A stretch of DNA of 64,000 bases from Candidatus Gastranaerophilales bacterium. GTDB lineage: Bacteria; Cyanobacteriota; Vampirovibrionia; Gastranaerophilales; Gastranaerophilaceae. The stretch covers positions 8,705 to 72,704 of the forward strand of contig CALUYX010000001.1 of assembly GCA_944325115.1 (NCBI GenBank), given 5' to 3'. Positions 8,929 through 19,085 of the stretch are shown piece by piece. A program made the position numbers and the translations under genes. How positions within the stretch are numbered: the first letter of the stretch is position 1; every line of letters starts with the position of its first letter. The notes under the pieces are model-generated. The model saw nothing but the letters and a program-made list of their open reading frames with translations. It did no database searches and had not been told where the DNA came from.

Positions 8929-10660
8929 GATTTTGTCGTTTTTTATAATATTCAATGTAGTTTTTCTTAACTGTCCGTTTGTATTTTCTCAGGACATTGA
9001 GGCTAACTGGCATGAAGGTATTAGCCTTGAGAATGAATATTTAGCATATGCTAAAACAAAAAATGACGATAAAAGCGAAAAGAAAATTGCCTTTAGTTTC
9101 TTTAAAAAAGACAAAAATGAACTAAGTGAAGAAACAAAAAGAGAAAGAAAAACCTTTGAGTTTTTCAAAAAAAGAGAGAGTAAAGTGCAAGTTGAAAAAG
9201 ACGACAAACAAGTTGAACAAAATAAAGAAAAAGAAAAGAAACTTGCGGATAATGACTCTAAAAAGCCTCAAGAAAAAGTAAAAACAAAAAAGAATAATAA
9301 GAAAAAAGAAAATAAATACGAAGAGTATTCAATACCTGTTGATGCTTATATGCCCGTGGGCAACAGTGCTGATAAATCAATTACAATATCAGGTTCCGTG
9401 CAAAAAACACTTGAGCTGAATCTTGCCGATTGTCTTGAGCTTGCACTTATTAATAACCCAAAAATTAAGGCTGCTTATGCTAACGCTGAAGCAATGAAAT
9501 ACAGGAAAGGACAGACTTTGTCCAACTATTCTCCCGTTGTAAACTTGCAAGGGGGTATTTCAAGAATTAAGCCCGATATGAGCAACTTTAGAAGCAGAGG
9601 GATTGTGATTGACCCTTTTACAAAATATGTAATGGGTTCAATAGGCATTTCTCAACTTGTATATGACTTTGGTCTTACACAAAATCAATATACGATAGAT
9701 AAACTCAACTGGGAGTCTTCAAAGTCTAATATAGATTCAGTTGTAAATGAGGTTGTATGTCAATTAAAGGACGGATATTATAATCTTATTTATGCAATTG
9801 AGGCAAAAAGAGTTGCTCAAGAAACGCTTGAGCAGTTTGAGATAATGTACAAACAAGCTCTTGCATTCTACGAAGTGGGTACAAAGCCAAAGGTGGACGT
9901 TACAATTGCTCAGGTTAATATGGAAGATGCAAGAGCAAAGCTAATCAGTGCAAGCAATAATGTGGATATAGCAATTTCAAATCTGAATAATATTATGGGA
10001 TTGCCTTTTATTCCTCCTTACATTATTGATACATCCGCTCCTTTTCAAGACGTTGAAATAGATATGAGAAAAGCGGTTGAGATTGCAAATGAAGCGCGTC
10101 CTGAGTTAAAGATTGCAAAAATAAATGTAGAAACTGCTGACCAAGCAGTAAAACTTGCAAAAAAGACATATTTTCCTTCTTTAAATGTGCAGGCGAATTA
10201 TTCAATCGGCGGTGTGAATAATACAATTGCCGATACAAACTGGTGGGATTTTGGCGGATATTTGACCTTTCCTGCAATTAATCCTTTTTTGATAAGAAAT
10301 CAAATTAAAGAAGCTCGTGCTCAACTGGAAAAGCAAAAATTTGATTCAAAGGCAACTGTTAATGATATTTACTATGATATTCAAAGCACTTTTGTAAAAT
10401 TGGTTGACGCTAAACAAAGAGTTCCTGTTGCAAGGCTTGCTGTTAAAAAAGCAAAAGAAAATTATGAACTCTCGCAAGGACGCTACAGTGTTGGCGTGAG
10501 TGATGCAATTGAGTATAAAGAAGCGCAGATTCAATACTATGATGCAAGACTTGCATATTTAAATACGCTTTATCAGTTTAACAGCGCGAAGGCAAATTTA
10601 GAGCGTGCTATAGGTCAAACCCTTCCGGGTGTTGATAGTGCTGATGATGAAGGTATTTAA
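8921..10660 (+). CDS. outer-membrane efflux protein (TolC/OprM family) with Lys/Glu-rich N-terminal extension
   Basis: It has a signal peptide ([23 protein letters not shown]) and two OEP-type repeats ([18 protein letters not shown]...; [16 protein letters not shown]...). The start overlaps the RND stop by 8 nt. Confidence 0.88.
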   Translation: MNRILSFFIIFNVVFLNCPFVFSQDIEANWHEGISLENEYLAYAKTKNDDKSEKKIAFSFFKKDKNELSEETKRERKTFEFFKKRESKVQVEKDDKQVEQNKEKEKKLADNDSKKPQEKVKTKKNNKKKENKYEEYSIPVDAYMPVGNSADKSITISGSVQKTLELNLADCLELALINNPKIKAAYANAEAMKYRKGQTLSNYSPVVNLQGGISRIKPDMSNFRSRGIVIDPFTKYVMGSIGISQLVYDFGLTQNQYTIDKLNWESSKSNIDSVVNEVVCQLKDGYYNLIYAIEAKRVAQETLEQFEIMYKQALAFYEVGTKPKVDVTIAQVNMEDARAKLISASNNVDIAISNLNNIMGLPFIPPYIIDTSAPFQDVEIDMRKAVEIANEARPELKIAKINVETADQAVKLAKKTYFPSLNVQANYSIGGVNNTIADTNWWDFGGYLTFPAINPFLIRNQIKEARAQLEKQKFDSKATVNDIYYDIQSTFVKLVDAKQRVPVARLAVKKAKENYELSQGRYSVGVSDAIEYKEAQIQYYDARLAYLNTLYQFNSAKANLERAIGQTLPGVDSADDEGI

Positions 10661-10929
10661 CCTGCAAAAAGTTTAATGAAAATTAAATAATATATAAATC
10701 CTGCACTTATGGCAGCTATTTGTTTTTTGTATGTGCTTTTACTTATGAAATAAGATGCTAATGCCAGCAAGAAAAGACCTGTTGCCATACTTCTGAAGCG
10801 ATAGGAACTGATGTAGATATATGGAATAAAATCAAGAAAAAACTTTGGTATTATCGTGAGTACCAAAAGTGCGGAGCACAAGAAAAATGTTCCTATCCAG
10901 AAAAAAGTTTTATCTTTGCTGTTTTCCAT
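10657..10929 (-). CDS. small integral membrane protein, hypothetical
   Basis: 90-aa ORF with three hydrophobic helices. It is convergent with the OMF gene, with a 4-nt overlap. Confidence 0.45.
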   Translation of the reverse strand: MENSKDKTFFWIGTFFLCSALLVLTIIPKFFLDFIPYIYISSYRFRSMATGLFLLALASYFISKSTYKKQIAAISAGFIYYLIFIKLFAG

Positions 10930-11060
10930 AATAACCTTGTCTAAATTGTAACATAAAGTTTACATTTTTGTAAAAAATTTAACATTACCATGTTCAAGAA
11001 AAAGTTTTTTTGTTTCGCCTGCTTGTACAATTTTTTTGTCATAAGTCAAAGGAGGCAAAA

Positions 11061-11303
11061 ATGGCTAAAGGTGAACTTATTAAAGATGTTTTTCTTAAAA
11101 TGTCTGCCCTTGCGGGGATTCTTGGGGATTATGCCAAAACAAAGAATAAAAAGACATTTATCTACAATTTTCTGCTTGAGTTGATTGACATTAAAGGAGT
11201 GGAAGAAGAGGAAGAAAAAGCCCTTGTTGAAAGCTTGATAGCTTTTATTGAATCTTTGGTAGGATTATTTAGTGTCGCAAGGCAATGCTTTTCTAAAAAA
11301 TAA
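11061..11303 (+). CDS. hypothetical small protein (80 aa)
   Basis: I chose the internal ATG at 11061 because it is preceded by AAAGGAGG (11049-11056). A hairpin terminator follows. Confidence 0.5.
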   Translation: MAKGELIKDVFLKMSALAGILGDYAKTKNKKTFIYNFLLELIDIKGVEEEEEKALVESLIAFIESLVGLFSVARQCFSKK

Positions 11304-11322
11304 AATTCCTTTAGGTGTCTGC

Positions 11323-11353
11323 ACTCCCTCTTTTGTTAAAGGAGGGAGTTTTT
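11323..11353 (+). terminator. Rho-independent terminator
   Basis: The stem actccctc (11323-11330) pairs with gagggagt (11342-11349), followed by TTTT. It lies between convergent genes. Confidence 0.7.
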
Positions 11354-13118
11354 AAAATTTTGACAGTTTTATTAGCCGTCTGAATGATTCGTGTTTTTCG
11401 CATAGCTCTTCAAGTGTACCTGTGTCTATGATTTGTCCTTTATCCATAAAAACAAGTCTGTCGCAGTTTTTAAGAGTTTTAATCCTATGAGCTATTGCTA
11501 TTATTGTTTTGCTGCCTTTTACGCTTTCTATGGTCTTTGTTATTGTATCTTCCGTTTCAACATCCAATGCTGAGGTCGCTTCATCCAGCATAATTATTTC
11601 TCTGTCATAGTAGAATGCTCTTGATAGAGCTATTCTGTGCCTTTGACCACAGGAAAGCTCTTTTGGGCTTTTGTTCAGTTCATCTCCTAATTCTTCAAGT
11701 ATTCCTGCTTTTTTAAGCGCGGTTTTAATTTTTTCAAAATCATAAATATCGCGTTTTGACGCATTTGGTTCAAATACCACATTTTGCCATATTGTTTCAA
11801 ACGGTAGGGAAAATTCTTGCGAAAGAATGCTTATGTTATTTTGCCACATCCTGATATTGTCATAGTTAAGTTCGCAATTATCTACGCTAAACGTTCCGTT
11901 TTGGGGTTGGAATAATGCGCATATAAGATTAAACAAGGTTGTTTTTCCACTTCCTGAAGCGCCTATTATGCCTATAAATTCGCCTTTTTTGATATCTAAA
12001 TTGAGATTTTTGAGCGCATGGGTGTTTTCATCGTAATAAAAATTTATGTTTTTGAGTGATAGCTTGTCGTTAAACGGTAATTTTTCGTCAGAACTTTTAA
12101 CTTTGTTGCTTGTATTTTCGAGTGATTTCATTGTGGTGATAAACCACTGTGCTTCAATTTTTGAACTGTTTATTGCATACAGGCAATTTTGTGTTTTGTT
12201 AATTGTTGGCACAATTCTTAATATTACGGCAGCAACTGCTGCAAGTCCGGCGCCCAGAGTCGTGCCTTGGGGGTTGCTCATAAGTTGCAGTACAACAAAA
12301 AGTATAAAGGTGCTCATTATGCCAATTTCTGTAAAATATGTCGGCATTGCCCTGTTTGTGCTCATATCGCCCAAGCTTTTTGAGTATTTTTTTTGAATTT
12401 TATTTGCTTCTGCAGTAAATTCTTCCTTTTTGTTGTAGATAATTACATCTTTTTGCGCGCTAATGGTTGAAAGCGTAAAATTTTGTTTCTCCCTCTCGGT
12501 TAAATGGAGCTCTTTTCCGTATTTTTTTGCTCGGCTTTTAAAATAAAAATTTTCTGCCAGCCATATTAAAAATATAAATAAGCCAATTGTAAGAGCTGTT
12601 AATTTGAATTTAATAAACAGATAAGACAAAATTCCAAATGCAATGATTAGATTTGAAAACAGCGAAAGCGTGCCGCCTACAAATTCACCCATGGTAGTAC
12701 TTATGGAGCCTCCAAGGATTCTTTGTTTGTCTGATTCGGGTATTTTTCTGGTGACTATATAATTTTGTCCCATAAAAATGTTGTAATTTCTTTCAAATAT
12801 TTTGTTTGTAATATTTACAATCAGAATGTTTGTAAAATTAATGTATGCTATCATAAACAAATCTTTGAAAATGTATGTAAAAGCAACAATTAGCCCCAAA
12901 AGTAAAGCGGTCTTAGGGCTGCCGCTTATAACACAATTGCCTAAAATATTGTAGTGCAGTTCATTTTTGCTTAAAAGTATTGCAAAGGCATAAATGAAAG
13001 ACAAGCCTAAGAATTCAAATCCTGCCGAAACGACTGATAAAACAACCATAAGAAAGAGTTTTAGTTTGTACTCTTTTGCAAATGTGTTTATAAAATCTAT
13101 AAATACCGTAATAAACAT
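11352..13118 (-). CDS. ABC exporter, fused permease/ATPase (MsbA-like family)
   Basis: The N-terminal domain has six TM helices. The C-terminal NBD carries GASGSGKTT, LSCGQRHRIALSRA, IIMLDEATSALD and IAIAHR. Confidence 0.88.
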   Translation of the reverse strand: MFITVFIDFINTFAKEYKLKLFLMVVLSVVSAGFEFLGLSFIYAFAILLSKNELHYNILGNCVISGSPKTALLLGLIVAFTYIFKDLFMIAYINFTNILIVNITNKIFERNYNIFMGQNYIVTRKIPESDKQRILGGSISTTMGEFVGGTLSLFSNLIIAFGILSYLFIKFKLTALTIGLFIFLIWLAENFYFKSRAKKYGKELHLTEREKQNFTLSTISAQKDVIIYNKKEEFTAEANKIQKKYSKSLGDMSTNRAMPTYFTEIGIMSTFILFVVLQLMSNPQGTTLGAGLAAVAAVILRIVPTINKTQNCLYAINSSKIEAQWFITTMKSLENTSNKVKSSDEKLPFNDKLSLKNINFYYDENTHALKNLNLDIKKGEFIGIIGASGSGKTTLFNLICALFQPQNGTFSVDNCELNYDNIRMWQNNISILSQEFSLPFETIWQNVVFEPNASKRDIYDFEKIKTALKKAGILEELGDELNKSPKELSCGQRHRIALSRAFYYDREIIMLDEATSALDVETEDTITKTIESVKGSKTIIAIAHRIKTLKNCDRLVFMDKGQIIDTGTLEELCEKHESFRRLIKLSKF

Positions 13119-13169
13119 AAGAATAAAAATTTCTTGAAAAATTGATTATAGTTAATTATACTCTTAAAT

Positions 13170-13790
13170 ATGGATGAAAAGTCAAGAAAAGAAAATTTCT
13201 TTATAGGATTATCGCTTTCCAATTCCTCTAATTACGATAGTTCGGTATGTGTGTTGGATAGAAATTCAAAAATTCTTCTGCTTGATAAATTTTACTATAC
13301 TCAAGATATGGAGTTGTTTTTTAATACTTCTCCATATGTTCACAATTCTCTTGTATGCGTATCTGTGCCTTCTGATAATTCGCTTTTAGAGGGTAAGTGG
13401 AGAATACATTCCAAAAATTATAAAATGCTTGGTGATTATTTTAAGGTTAACAGGCAAAAGTGGACAAAAAGACTTTCAAACAGGCTTTGCGATGTACTTT
13501 TAAACTTGAGAGAAGAAGGTATTAATGTTTGCCGTTGCGATATAAACCAGCTAAGACAGGCATATGGCTTGTGCGCACACTATCTTGCCAGGACTTCGCC
13601 TGATTGTAAAAGTCTGCAAAATTCACTTAAGCTAAAATATGATTTTAGCGAGCTTCCGGATAATATGCTTGCTGCATCTTCTCTTGAGGCCATAGTTTGC
13701 GCTATGTTTGCAAAGCACATTGCTCAAGGCGGAGAAGTTCACCAGTTGTATACTTTTGAGGGCTTGCAAGTTCTTTCAAAACCAATGTAG
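13170..13790 (+). CDS. hypothetical protein (possibly RNase H-fold, DUF429/YqgF-like)
   Basis: 206-aa ORF. The N-terminal FIGLSLSNS...SVCVLD resembles the first beta-strands of RNase H-fold proteins. The functional call is weak. Confidence 0.5.
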   Translation: MDEKSRKENFFIGLSLSNSSNYDSSVCVLDRNSKILLLDKFYYTQDMELFFNTSPYVHNSLVCVSVPSDNSLLEGKWRIHSKNYKMLGDYFKVNRQKWTKRLSNRLCDVLLNLREEGINVCRCDINQLRQAYGLCAHYLARTSPDCKSLQNSLKLKYDFSELPDNMLAASSLEAIVCAMFAKHIAQGGEVHQLYTFEGLQVLSKPM

Positions 13791-13793
13791 AGA

Positions 13794-16331
13794 TTATTTT
13801 CTTTTTGGCAGACTTGCTTTATCAATGTGAGGTCTGAAAAACTCTGTATTAATATTTAACATTTGACCTATTTCAAGTATTTTAAGGGCAAGCATTCTGT
13901 CACTGTTTTTATCTTTGGAATTTTCCAAATGCTCTATAAGTACACTGATTTTTGTATAAATAGATTCAAAAAATATGTTCTGCGCCTCGTTTATGTTTGC
14001 TTGAATATTAAGTTTTTCCAATATATCAAGAAGACCCAATATATTTTCTGCGGTTGTTATTTGCATATCAGAGGCAAGTTTTTCTATTAGCGATTCAAGT
14101 TTTTTGGAGATGATTGCCCCTGCTTTGCACTTGTTTAAATTTATTAAAAATTTGTCAGCATTTTGTTTTATAAGGACTATTCTTGCAATTGCTTTTTCAT
14201 CGCAAAAATCTTCCATTTTGCTAAGCTCGCTCTCAAGCTTTCTAAGTAGCGTAAACTTGGCACTTACCCTAAATACATCGGGAATATCCATACCTAAGTC
14301 AATATAATATGAAACAGGTGCTTTAAGTTCATCGTAGAGCTCTCTGTATGTTTTTTCGGTTTTAATAAGTTTTGATACCAGAATTTTCTCCAGAATAACT
14401 TTTCTTCTGTCGATTAAAATGTCTTTAAGAGTATAGTATGTTCCTGAAATGCTACCCTGTATTGCTCTTAGGGTTTCAATAAGGTCATCTGCCATAAATA
14501 CTCTTGTGATTTCATTTTTTATATCAGAGTATTCGTTTTGTGATGATAAGTGTTTTACGCTGCAATAATATTCGCCGCTTGAGGTGTTTAGTATTACAAA
14601 ACACATATCAAATTTTTCAAAAGTAATTTTTGATGTCAGTTCAATTCTGCCAAAGTTCAGTGAGGCTTGATTTTTCTTGACTGTTTTTGTATTTATTTTT
14701 TTAACTTTGTAGCAATATATTTCATCAAGTTCTTCAGGGTTTAAAAACTTGCTCGAAAAAGCCCACTGTGCGGCAACTTTTTCTATTGTTACAACAGATG
14801 GCTTCACAAATCTTTCATATACGTCTTTTCCTGTTCCAAAGCCTTCTATGTTGCTTTTTGCTTTGTTTAGAATTGAGAGGAATTTTTTTTCTATGTCGAT
14901 TTTGCTAAATTCGCTTGCCATTTCCATGGCACGAAGTGCATATTTCATTATTTGTGTGGTTTCTATGCCTGAAATTTCAGAGAAAAACCAGCCGCAGCTT
15001 GTGTACATAAGTTGGCAAAAGCGCTGAATTTCCATAAGTTTAATTGCTTTTGTTTTTTCTTTTAGGGTCAAGCTTTTTACTGCATTATCTTTAAAGAATT
15101 TCTCATAACTTTCTTCGCTTCTGTCAAGAATTACGTCAATGTATTTATTTCTGGCATCCCAGAAGTCTTTGTAATACTTAGAACCTTCGCAAGAGCAGAT
15201 TTTGATTAATTCATCTCTGACATAATCAAGCGCATCTCTTAGCGGTTTTCTCCATTTTTGGTTCCATCCGGGCTGCGCACCTGTTGAGCAGCCGCAGTCT
15301 TCTTTCCATCTGCCTACGCCGTGACAGCAGCTCCAAGAAGATTGTGGTTTAATTTCCACTTGAAAGCGTGGAGGAAAGTTTTCTAAAAACCAAGCGTAGT
15401 TGGTAATTTTAAAGCCTAATTCTTCCGCTTTAACTTCAAGTACGTACGAAAGTGCCATATCGCCAAATTTTGTATGGTGACCGTAACTTTCTCCATCGGT
15501 TGCGATGTTTACCAATTGCGGATGATTTCTGTCTTGTACGTAGCCGTCTTGAAGCCTGTGTGCAAATTTATTTCCATCGCAGAGCAGATTATCAAATGCT
15601 ACTGATTTAGAAATAGCGCCGTCATAGAAGAATAAATCTATGTATCTTTCTTTATCGTTTTCATCCGGATAATATCTATAGGGCATTGAGGGGTCAATAC
15701 TTCCCCAGCTTACATCATGCCATGTATCTTGTTTTTCAAGGCTCTTGACGCATTGTGCCTGATAGGGGGAGAGAATTGTATATTTAATGCCGCAATCTAT
15801 TAAAACTTCAAGAGTTTCAGGGTCAACGGCAGTTTCTGCAAGCCATATACCCTCGGGCTTTCTTTGAAATCTTTTTTCAAAGTCTTTCATTCCCCAAATA
15901 ACTTGAGTGTACTTGTCATTTAGGTTTGCAAGGGGCATAATTATGTGGTTGTACACCTGTGCTATGGCGCAACCGTGCCCACCGTGTATGCGGACAGAGT
16001 TTTTGTCTGCCTCTATTATTCTTTTGTACGCACTTTTTGCATGGGTTTCCATCCAACTTAAAAGTGTCGGACCAAAGTTGAAACTCATAAGTTCGTAGTT
16101 GTTTATGATGTTTAGAATTCTGTTTTGATTGTCGACAATCCTTGATACCGAATTTGGTTCATAGCACTGCCAGCAAATTTTGTCGTTCCAGTCGTGCCTT
16201 GGGGTGGCGCTTTCTTGGAGTTCTATTTCCTCTATCCAAGGATTTTCCCTTGGCGGTTGGTAAAAATGCCCGTGGATTGTGAGGTATTTGGTGTGCTTTG
16301 CGGTTTTGTTTTCTTTAGTTTTCTTATTCAT
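13794..16331 (-). CDS. glycoside hydrolase family 57 alpha-glucan enzyme with long helical C-terminal extension
   Basis: The HGHFYQPPRENPW motif sits near the N-terminus. WLAETAV and GESYGHH segments are typical of GH57. The protein is 845 aa. Confidence 0.85.
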   Translation of the reverse strand: MNKKTKENKTAKHTKYLTIHGHFYQPPRENPWIEEIELQESATPRHDWNDKICWQCYEPNSVSRIVDNQNRILNIINNYELMSFNFGPTLLSWMETHAKSAYKRIIEADKNSVRIHGGHGCAIAQVYNHIIMPLANLNDKYTQVIWGMKDFEKRFQRKPEGIWLAETAVDPETLEVLIDCGIKYTILSPYQAQCVKSLEKQDTWHDVSWGSIDPSMPYRYYPDENDKERYIDLFFYDGAISKSVAFDNLLCDGNKFAHRLQDGYVQDRNHPQLVNIATDGESYGHHTKFGDMALSYVLEVKAEELGFKITNYAWFLENFPPRFQVEIKPQSSWSCCHGVGRWKEDCGCSTGAQPGWNQKWRKPLRDALDYVRDELIKICSCEGSKYYKDFWDARNKYIDVILDRSEESYEKFFKDNAVKSLTLKEKTKAIKLMEIQRFCQLMYTSCGWFFSEISGIETTQIMKYALRAMEMASEFSKIDIEKKFLSILNKAKSNIEGFGTGKDVYERFVKPSVVTIEKVAAQWAFSSKFLNPEELDEIYCYKVKKINTKTVKKNQASLNFGRIELTSKITFEKFDMCFVILNTSSGEYYCSVKHLSSQNEYSDIKNEITRVFMADDLIETLRAIQGSISGTYYTLKDILIDRRKVILEKILVSKLIKTEKTYRELYDELKAPVSYYIDLGMDIPDVFRVSAKFTLLRKLESELSKMEDFCDEKAIARIVLIKQNADKFLINLNKCKAGAIISKKLESLIEKLASDMQITTAENILGLLDILEKLNIQANINEAQNIFFESIYTKISVLIEHLENSKDKNSDRMLALKILEIGQMLNINTEFFRPHIDKASLPKRK

Positions 16332-16359
16332 ACTTTCTTAATACCACATTTTCTGAGAA

Positions 16360-16824
16360 TTATTTTTTATTTTTTTCAGGATTTGGCTTTTTTTGAACAA
16401 TTGTAATTTTGCTAACATCTATCCAAGGGTCGCCAAGCGCTGTTGAGAATACCTTTCCCGTGATTTCTATTTTATCTCCGGTGTCAAGTTCAATGAATTT
16501 TTCGGCATATTCTCTTTTGATAAAAAGTTTCATCTCTGAAAGCGGAACATTGTGGTCAACAACATCATCTCGTTGAATTAAAAAGCCTATGTAATCAGCT
16601 GATGAGCGCATTGCTTTTTTGTAGTCAAGACCAAGTGTAGAGAATTTATCAAATGTTGCTTTCATAACTACTGTTTTATTTAAGTATTTTTGCGGTGCTT
16701 CAACCACGCTAAGCGGGGCAATTCTGAGTGAAGCGCTTGTTTGATTTGCTGCATAAACGGGCGAAACTGCGATAAATACTGCCGCCATAAGGCAAAGGGC
16801 TATATTTTTTATTTTTGTAAACAT
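16360..16824 (-). CDS. secreted hypothetical protein
   Basis: I moved the start to the ATG at 16824, which has AAGGAG 6 nt upstream. The signal peptide is MFTKIKNIALCLMAAVFIAVSPVYA. Confidence 0.6.
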   Translation of the reverse strand: MFTKIKNIALCLMAAVFIAVSPVYAANQTSASLRIAPLSVVEAPQKYLNKTVVMKATFDKFSTLGLDYKKAMRSSADYIGFLIQRDDVVDHNVPLSEMKLFIKREYAEKFIELDTGDKIEITGKVFSTALGDPWIDVSKITIVQKKPNPEKNKK

Positions 16825-16886
16825 GTAAAACTCCTTTTTAATATACAAATATTCTAGCATATTTTAATATTCTAACAATAGCCGAT

Positions 16887-17777
16887 TCATGCTAAATTTT
16901 CTATGTATTTTAGCTCGTTTTTATCTAAATTCAGGTGCTCAAGAGGGTTTTTGAATACAAAATTGTTTATTTCCTCGGCTGTTGCAATGCTGTTTTTTGC
17001 AACATAATCTGCTATTTCATCCAAAAACATTACTGAGCCTGCTATTGTGCCGTTAGAATCCTTGCCGCTTGGTAATATTTTTTTGTTACAGAATATAATT
17101 TCTTTATCAAGATGTGCGGCAGGCAGCGAATCGCTTATCATAATAATTTTTGTTTTATCTTTCACTTTGAAAAATAATTTGAGCATATTTTTGCTTACAT
17201 GTATGCCATCTGCAATTATTTCACAGTAAATATTATCATTTAAAAGCGCGTCCAGTGTGAGATTTTCCCCTCTGTGAGATAATTTTTCCATGGCATTAAA
17301 ATGATGTGTTGTAGCACTTGCAAGACCAATATTGCTTGCAAGTGTATGACCCGCGTGCACTCTTATGTTTTTGCTCTCTAAATATTTTGTAAGTTCGGAA
17401 TCTTTATCAAGCTCGGGGGCAAGAGTTACTATTTTTATAATATTTTCATAATCCCCCGCTAAATTTTTAAAATTATCTATATTGGGCTGCATAAAAACTT
17501 TATCATCTTGTATCCCCGGTTTATTTGGATTTAGAAATGTTCCCTCAAGATGCAGACCTATTATATAGCTTTCATCTTCCTTGTGTTCTTTTTTCAGATT
17601 GCAAAAAAGTTTAAATCTTTCCCTTAAATTGCTTATGCTATCGCCTACAAGAGTCGGGCATAGCGCAACTATGCCTCTTTGTTTGAGTTTTCTTAGAAAA
17701 AGTTTAATTTCCTCGCTGCTTGACGTATTAAAATTTACTCCGTATCCGCCGTGAGTATGTATATCTATTAGTTTCAT
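16887..17777 (-). CDS. N-acetylglucosamine-6-phosphate deacetylase-like amidohydrolase (short form)
   Basis: Motifs seen are DIHTHGGYG, GLHLEGTFLNP, HAGHTLAS, THHFNAM and EIIADGIHV. At 296 aa it lacks the usual N-terminal beta-sandwich segment. Confidence 0.75.
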   Translation of the reverse strand: MKLIDIHTHGGYGVNFNTSSSEEIKLFLRKLKQRGIVALCPTLVGDSISNLRERFKLFCNLKKEHKEDESYIIGLHLEGTFLNPNKPGIQDDKVFMQPNIDNFKNLAGDYENIIKIVTLAPELDKDSELTKYLESKNIRVHAGHTLASNIGLASATTHHFNAMEKLSHRGENLTLDALLNDNIYCEIIADGIHVSKNMLKLFFKVKDKTKIIMISDSLPAAHLDKEIIFCNKKILPSGKDSNGTIAGSVMFLDEIADYVAKNSIATAEEINNFVFKNPLEHLNLDKNELKYIENLA

Positions 17778-17919
17778 ATCTAAATTATACTCCTGATTTT
17801 AGTATTTGACTTCTTAAAAAAAATCCTTAATATTATCCTGAAAGGTCGATAAAAAGTGTGTTTTAGGGTTATAAATAATTTTTTTATGTTAAGAAATTGT
17901 AACAAAAAAACATTAAAAT

Positions 17920-17947
17920 TAAAGTTGTATTTTCTAATTGCCGATAT
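17920..17947 (+). promoter_or_regulatory. sigma-28 (FliA/SigD)-type promoter
   Basis: TAAAGTTG (17920-17927) is followed by a 12-nt spacer and GCCGATAT (17940-17947). The consensus is TAAA-N15-GCCGATAT, or TAAAGTTT-N11-GCCGATAA. The -10 is an exact match and the spacer is one nt longer. It lies 34 nt upstream of the ATG at 17982. Confidence 0.6.
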
Positions 17948-17981
17948 TAGTAACATAAGAACAATGGAGGCATAGAAAACA

Positions 17982-19007
17982 ATGGGAATGGCAGCAAGCC
18001 AAGCAAGATTTTTAGGTCTTACGGCAAGAAAAACAAACGTTGAATATGAAGGTCAACAAGTTAACCAACAAAGAACAGTACTCGCTAACGAAAGTGCGGG
18101 TTTGTTCAACCAAATGTTGACTTTACAAGTGCCCACTCCTCCGAGTGCTACTGATTACTATAACACTCGTTACACATTTGATTCTATGGGTGAAGATTTT
18201 TCAATTACTAAATATGACACCGCAGCAGGTGGTGCAGCAGGCGCATACAGCATTGTAATTGAATACTCCGAAACAGAACGTAAAGCCTATTCTTCAAGCC
18301 CCATTACCCAAGGTACTCCTGTTCAATTTGAAGACCAAACTCCCAAGAAAATATACATTGACGGTAAAGAATACGAAATTACACCAGCTGACGCCACTGG
18401 TATTGACAAAGGCAATATTGAAGTTATCAACTCTGCTATTATAAGTAATGATGCAACAAGACATCCTGAAAATGATACATACTACAAATACACTGTAAAC
18501 AAGGGTGAAACAGGCGAAAGAACTTATTATATCTCTTCATATGATATTAAAAATGCAAAATTGCCTAAAGACCCGTCAGAAATGTATACAGGTGGTTTAA
18601 CACAATACTTTGCTGCTGATGCTACAGTTAAAAAGACAGCAAATGCTACTGCTTCATTTGATACAACAACTGATGGCAGATTTGAATCCGTTAAAATTAC
18701 AAATGTTGATAATGAAACTTTAAGCGAAAAACTTTCAGGTAAGACATTTGAACTTGATTTGACTCAAGTTAATGATTCAGAAGGCTATGAAGCTGCAATG
18801 AAAGATTATGAATATCAAAAGATGGTATATGAAAGAGCTATCCAAGATATCAACGCAAGAACAGAAATTATCCAACAACAAGACAGAACTCTTGAATTGA
18901 GATTGAAACAGCTCGATACAGAGCAAGAAGCTCTTAAAACCGAAATGGATGCTGTTAAAGAAGTTATCCAAAAGAACGTTGAATCTACATTCAAAACATT
19001 TGCTTAG
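17982..19007 (+). CDS. hypothetical protein with conserved helical termini and T/Y/K/D-rich central domain (module gene A)
   Basis: 341 aa, with a GGAGG Shine-Dalgarno at 17966-17970 and no signal peptide. The N-terminal 45 aa and C-terminal ~80 aa are heptad-like helices. The N-terminus is paralogous to the ORF at 20378. Confidence 0.8.
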   Translation: MGMAASQARFLGLTARKTNVEYEGQQVNQQRTVLANESAGLFNQMLTLQVPTPPSATDYYNTRYTFDSMGEDFSITKYDTAAGGAAGAYSIVIEYSETERKAYSSSPITQGTPVQFEDQTPKKIYIDGKEYEITPADATGIDKGNIEVINSAIISNDATRHPENDTYYKYTVNKGETGERTYYISSYDIKNAKLPKDPSEMYTGGLTQYFAADATVKKTANATASFDTTTDGRFESVKITNVDNETLSEKLSGKTFELDLTQVNDSEGYEAAMKDYEYQKMVYERAIQDINARTEIIQQQDRTLELRLKQLDTEQEALKTEMDAVKEVIQKNVESTFKTFA

Positions 19008-19022
19008 TAAAATCGATAAAAT

Positions 19023-19050
19023 GCACCATGTCAACAAAAAGACATGGTGC
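19023..19050 (+). other. intercistronic 10-bp hairpin (attenuator/processing candidate)
   Basis: gcaccatgtc (19023-19032) pairs perfectly with gacatggtgc (19041-19050). No U-tract follows, so it is probably not a full terminator. Confidence 0.5.
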
Positions 19051-19085
19051 AATAATTAAAAAGTTATACACGAGGGTTAGTATTA

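Noticed and set aside
17838-17853. A third sigma-28-like -10 (GTCGATAA at 17846-17853) upstream of P1.
   Set aside because: No TAAA/TAAAGTTT element sits at the required 15-16 nt spacing (the sequence there is ccttaatattatcc). I regard it as a chance partial match.
17851-17864. 14-mer ataaaaagtgtgtt shared between the region upstream of the sigma-28 module and the 99-bp repeat (1186-1199 and its copies).
   Set aside because: A single 14-nt A/T-rich match in a 64-kb AT-rich window is within chance expectation, and there is no extended similarity on either side.
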